Source: Promethearchaeota archaeon (lineage in GTDB: Archaea; Asgardarchaeota; Lokiarchaeia; Sigyniarchaeales; SOKP01). Taken from it: a DNA stretch of 11,363 nucleotides. The stretch covers positions 1 through 11,363 of the forward strand of contig JBHLNZ010000091.1 of assembly GCA_048941015.1 (NCBI GenBank), in the 5' to 3' direction. A program made the position numbers and the translations under genes. Below the pieces are notes generated by a model that saw only the letters and a program-made list of their open reading frames with translations, ran no database searches and had not been told where the DNA came from. Positions 7,486 through 11,363 of the stretch are shown here, piece by piece. Position 1 is the first letter of the stretch. Each line of letters starts with the position of its first letter.

Positions 7486-8877
7486 TTAAAGATTAATTTC
7501 CTCTAATTTAAGTTTAATTTCGGATGCTTTTTCTTTTGATATTTTATACATGAGCATGAATGCAATTGTTCCAATCAAAGTTATTATCATTGGAATTATC
7601 GACATTTGAAAATTCAAACCAAATTTAGCAAAATCGCTATTTCCAGTTCCTAGAGCAGCTTCGTACCCAGTTATACCTGCAACTATAGCAAAAACTACAG
7701 TTTGTAAGAAATATGAAAATGCTGTAAAAATCTTGAATATTCCTGTATAAATTCCTTCTTCTCGCTTACCCGAGTTAACAGTAGCATTATCAATTCCCTC
7801 AGCCCGCAAAAGTTGGGCGATCACTCCATAAGTCGCACTAAATCCGATCCCTCCAAAAGTGAATACAATTATGACTCCGAAAATATCACTAACAAATACG
7901 AAGGCTAAGTAAGTTATTATATTCAGGAGCATACCAGCTATGTAGGCTTTCCTAACTCCAGCTTTTTTTGATATCCATGTCCATACGGGTGCTAATAGAA
8001 ATCCAACTAGATTCTGCATCAATAATGGTATTGCAGTATACCCAATGCTTAATCCTAAATTGTGTATCACAAAAAAATTAAGTCCAGCCATCCAGCAAAC
8101 TCCTGCTACTGACCATGTAAACCCGGCTATTGTTATACCCATCCAATTTTTATCCTTAAATACACGTTTAATAGAAATCTTTAAGGGGGATGATCCTCGG
8201 TCAGATTCATCTAAATTTGCTCGAAATTCTTTCATTTCCTTTGGTTCTCGAATACCAAATGTGTATGGTATTATTAATAAATAATCTATTACTACAACTA
8301 TGATAACTGTTCCAATATATCCAATTGAATCGATCAATCTAGGTATCAAACCTGCAGTTATGATTGTGATAATACCACCAAGAACTGAGCCAATAACTGT
8401 TACTTTTCTTCTGTCAGATTCATTTCTAAACAAATCAGGGAATAAAGCTGAATGATTGATTTCAAAAGATGATGCAAAAGTTTCATAAACTGCCATTATT
8501 ATAGTTAACCACAGTGCTGAAATAGCTATATTTGATGAAATTTGGACAAAATTAAAAATTAACAATAACGGGCACACAATAACACCAATCATTATCCAAG
8601 GAAATCTTTTTCCATATTTTGAAGTAAGCTTTTTGGATCTGTCTGCTAAATATCCAATAATAGGATCGTTTAACCCATCTACAATAGAATACACTAAATA
8701 GATTAAGGGAATTACTGTTGAAGGAATTAAAAGAACTGATGCTGCAAAATATTGAACCTGTCCCCACATACCAAATAAAAATCCCATGATAATTCCCTGT
8801 AATGAAAAAGCTATCATTCTTTTTGTTGTGATACTATCAGAAAATTTTACTTTTTGAGATTCAGTCAAAATTATCAC
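7486..8877 (-). CDS. MFS transporter, glycoside-pentoside-hexuronide (GPH/MelB-like, MFS_2) family
   Basis: About 12 hydrophobic segments with the GPH signatures DGLNDPIIGYLADRS...SKYGKRFPW and GKREEGIYTG. The start is GTG at 8877 or more likely TTG at 8868 (MTESQK). Confidence 0.9.
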   Translation of the reverse strand: MIILTESQKVKFSDSITTKRMIAFSLQGIIMGFLFGMWGQVQYFAASVLLIPSTVIPLIYLVYSIVDGLNDPIIGYLADRSKKLTSKYGKRFPWIMIGVIVCPLLLIFNFVQISSNIAISALWLTIIMAVYETFASSFEINHSALFPDLFRNESDRRKVTVIGSVLGGIITIITAGLIPRLIDSIGYIGTVIIVVVIDYLLIIPYTFGIREPKEMKEFRANLDESDRGSSPLKISIKRVFKDKNWMGITIAGFTWSVAGVCWMAGLNFFVIHNLGLSIGYTAIPLLMQNLVGFLLAPVWTWISKKAGVRKAYIAGMLLNIITYLAFVFVSDIFGVIIVFTFGGIGFSATYGVIAQLLRAEGIDNATVNSGKREEGIYTGIFKIFTAFSYFLQTVVFAIVAGITGYEAALGTGNSDFAKFGLNFQMSIIPMIITLIGTIAFMLMYKISKEKASEIKLKLEEINL

Positions 8878-9155
8878 TATTTTAGTTAAATTGTTTTAAG
8901 AAATTTCTTCCTAAATTTTAAATATAGTGATTATTAATTTCGATAAATCAATATTTATAGATTTAGAATAAATTTAGAATGAAAAGAATCTTACCAAAAT
9001 ATTATTTTAAAAGAATTTCTCTCTGTTATTTTTAGGTAGTTTTTTAATTAAATCATAATTGTAACTCTTAATATTATAGTTAGTGGGAATTTATTTTTAA
9101 AAAATAAAATTTTCACTTGTTTAATAATTATATTTTAGTAGAAATAGCTATATTC

Positions 9156-9161
9156 GAGGAG
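9156..9161 (+). promoter_or_regulatory. Shine-Dalgarno sequence of the kinase gene
   Basis: GAGGAG ends 9 nt before the ATG at 9171, standing out in a very AT-rich intergenic region. Confidence 0.6.
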
Positions 9162-9170
9162 AATCATCGG

Positions 9171-9911
9171 ATGAGTATTTTATTAGATTTATTGATTGTA
9201 TTCCTTACCTACTTATACGTGTTTGCAACTATTCTTATACCTGTACAATTAAAAAAAAGAGATAAAATCACCAAGTTTCAAGCTAGAAAAGCGGTTCACT
9301 TATTTGCAGGATTGGCTGTTCTTTCCAGTCCATATTTCGAGTGGCCATGGTGGTCAGTCATTATAGCATCAACTCTTACTATTTTAGTACTATTAAGTTC
9401 CAAAAAATCAAAGGTAAAACAATTAAAGGAATTATATGACTCTATTGGAGAAGAGGCTGAAGAGAAAGTTGGATATCTACAAGGACCATTTCATTATTGT
9501 TTATCAATTCTTTGTTTAATTACATTTTTTGTTATTTTTGCTCACGATAAATTATATTTTCCAATTTCGGGTATTCTGTTAATGATAATATCTGATACAT
9601 TAGCTTCTGTAATTGGAAGAAGATATGGAAAGATAAAAATAAAAATACCTTGGATAAAAACTGTTAGAACGTTAGAAGGGTCTCTTGCCTTTTTCATAAG
9701 CGGCTTTATTTTATGTTTTATAGCCTTCACATTTATAGGGGTCACTAATCCAATTACGCAAGCTCCAATTTCGTTTGAATTCGCTTTATTGTTATCTCTT
9801 GTAACTAGTGCTTTAGCAATGATAATAGAGTTGATTTCACCAAGTACTTGGGATGATTTAACCGTGCCGATTGGAACGACGTTAATTATCTTTTTATTAA
9901 CTTTTATGTAA
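9171..9911 (+). CDS. CTP-dependent isoprenoid-alcohol/lipid kinase, SEC59/DGK1/VTE5 (dolichol/phytol/diacylglycerol kinase) family
   Basis: Polytopic membrane protein with RKAVHL, SDTLASVIGRRYG, RTLEGSLAF and WDDLTVP motifs. The start was moved from TTG 9117 to the in-frame ATG 9171 because GAGGAG (9156-9161) precedes it. Confidence 0.85.
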   Translation: MSILLDLLIVFLTYLYVFATILIPVQLKKRDKITKFQARKAVHLFAGLAVLSSPYFEWPWWSVIIASTLTILVLLSSKKSKVKQLKELYDSIGEEAEEKVGYLQGPFHYCLSILCLITFFVIFAHDKLYFPISGILLMIISDTLASVIGRRYGKIKIKIPWIKTVRTLEGSLAFFISGFILCFIAFTFIGVTNPITQAPISFEFALLLSLVTSALAMIIELISPSTWDDLTVPIGTTLIIFLLTFM

Positions 9912-9958
9912 GTTTAACTACTATTTTTTATTTATAATTACTAATTATTTATCGTAAT

Positions 9959-11353
9959 ATGGAAAATTTTAAAAAATCCTTTGACATCATTGTCATTGGA
10001 GCAGGCACCGGAGGTACTACAGCTGCTCGATTTGCCACGAAAAATGGGTTAAATGTATGCCTTATTGATAGTAAACCTAGAGATAAAATTGGGGAAAAGA
10101 TTTGCGGCGACGCAGTTGGTAATGAAATTTTCGATTTTTTAAGTATTAATCACCCCAAAGATAAAGAATTATCATGTTATATTAAAGGTGCAAAATTATA
10201 TTCTCCAAATTTAAAAAAATGTATCAATTTAATTGACCCGAAACAAGCAGGTTATATTGTAAATAGATTAGAATTTGGACAGAGATTATTAGATGAAGCT
10301 TTAGATGCTGGAATAACTCAATTTCTAGAAAAGACCATGGCATTGGATCTACTATATGAAAATAATCAAATTGTTGGAGTAAAAGTAAAATTGGAAAGTG
10401 GTGAAAAAACTAATTTAAACGCGAAAATAGTAATCGATGCATCTGGTTTTTATTCTCCACTCAGAAAAAAAATAAAAAGCACTATTATTGAAAAAGATAT
10501 TCTAAAAGAAGATATTATTCTATGTTATCGTGAAATCGTTAAGTTTTCCCCACATGATCTAAAAGTTAATGATCCTGAATATATTTCTATTATATTAGAT
10601 CAAGAAAAAGCTCCTGGAGGGTATATATGGTATTTTCCTAAGAATGAATCATCAGTGAATATAGGAATAGGAACTTTTATGGATTATAAAAGCCAAATAA
10701 AAGATTTTTATACCAAAAATGTATTTAATGAATTTATAACCACATCAAAATATGAAATAATTTCATCTGGTGGCGGTGTCGTTCCTATAAGGCGTCCTCT
10801 TTGGTCTTGTGCAGAAAACGGCATTATGTTTGTTGGAGATGCTGCTTGCCAAGTCAATCCCCTTCATGGAGGCGGAATAGATCCCTCAATGCGAGGGGGT
10901 TTTTTTGCTGCAAATACAGCCCAAAAAGCAATAGAAAAAGGAGATTATTCTTTAAATTCTCTATGGGATTATAACGTTAACATTATGAGAAATATTGGTG
11001 CTGAGTTTGCCTCCTTGGATTTACTAAGGATGGTCCTCCAAGTTTTGAATAATGATGAGTTAAACTTTGGATTAGAACAGGATTTATTAAGTGGTGAAGA
11101 AATTTTAGAGATTTCTTCTACGGGGAATCTAAATATTCCTATTTTAAGTATGCTTACAAAAGCAGTTAAAGGAATTTCAAAACCTAACTTATTATTAGAC
11201 CTCAATTATCTTAGGATTAGGATGAATGAAATTTCAAAAATTTATAAAAAATTTCCAGAAAATAAAGAAGAATTTGAACTATGGAGAAATAAAGTTCTTC
11301 AAGTCTATGATAAAATTAAGAAAATGTTAATAAATACTAAAAAAGTAAATTAA
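9959..11353 (+). CDS. Geranylgeranyl reductase / digeranylgeranylglycerophospholipid reductase (Sulfolobus-type, long form)
   Basis: FAD-binding IIVIGAGTGG, DSKP...IGEKICGDAV (catalytic Cys), PGGYIWYFPK (YxWxFP), VPIRRPL, GDAACQVNPLHGGGI and C-terminal ASLDLLR..LQ.L.ND motifs. From memory these match the S. acidocaldarius GGR architecture along the whole length. Confidence 0.9.
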   Translation: MENFKKSFDIIVIGAGTGGTTAARFATKNGLNVCLIDSKPRDKIGEKICGDAVGNEIFDFLSINHPKDKELSCYIKGAKLYSPNLKKCINLIDPKQAGYIVNRLEFGQRLLDEALDAGITQFLEKTMALDLLYENNQIVGVKVKLESGEKTNLNAKIVIDASGFYSPLRKKIKSTIIEKDILKEDIILCYREIVKFSPHDLKVNDPEYISIILDQEKAPGGYIWYFPKNESSVNIGIGTFMDYKSQIKDFYTKNVFNEFITTSKYEIISSGGGVVPIRRPLWSCAENGIMFVGDAACQVNPLHGGGIDPSMRGGFFAANTAQKAIEKGDYSLNSLWDYNVNIMRNIGAEFASLDLLRMVLQVLNNDELNFGLEQDLLSGEEILEISSTGNLNIPILSMLTKAVKGISKPNLLLDLNYLRIRMNEISKIYKKFPENKEEFELWRNKVLQVYDKIKKMLINTKKVN

Positions 11354-11363
11354 TTATTATAAG

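Noticed and set aside
8045-8767. Short ORFs 8045-8284 (plus) and 8552-8767 (minus)
   Set aside because: Both are nested in the MFS gene and show no coding evidence.
9117-9170. N-terminal extension of the kinase from TTG 9117
   Set aside because: A strong SD (GAGGAG) lies within this stretch and points to ATG 9171 as the real start.
9542-11205. Short minus-strand ORFs 9542-9745 and 10969-11205
   Set aside because: They are antisense shadows of the kinase and GGR genes.
1-11363. CRISPR arrays, tRNA/rRNA genes, transposases or terminal inverted repeats
   Set aside because: No regularly spaced repeats, GC-rich structured RNA segments or transposase/integrase motifs were seen, and the intergenic gaps are short and AT-rich.

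Overview
AT-rich (roughly 30% GC by eye), gene-dense archaeal DNA. The BRE/TATA-type promoters, Sulfolobus-type geranylgeranyl reductase, GPH-type MFS transporter and membrane M28 peptidase suggest an Asgard archaeon (Lokiarchaeia-like), but this is an inference. There are nine protein-coding genes. On the minus strand, a divergent IlvD/Edd dehydratase is followed by a membrane-embedded M28 peptidase and an N6-adenine DNA methyltransferase. The methyltransferase is absent from the ORF track, runs off the left edge, and is in frame with the peptidase with no canonical start codon. Next come two convergent paralogous Gfo/Idh/MocA oxidoreductases, a Cys-rich V4R/DUF6144-like protein and a GPH-family MFS transporter. 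The window ends with a CTP-dependent SEC59/DGK1/VTE5-type lipid kinase and a geranylgeranyl reductase on the plus strand. No rRNA, tRNA, CRISPR array or IS element was seen. The most notable points are the start-less in-frame methyltransferase, the tail-to-tail oxidoreductase paralogs with QKP motifs and apparently opposite cofactor fingerprints next to a dehydratase and sugar transporter, and the kinase-reductase pair as a possible ether-lipid or isoprenol salvage module.
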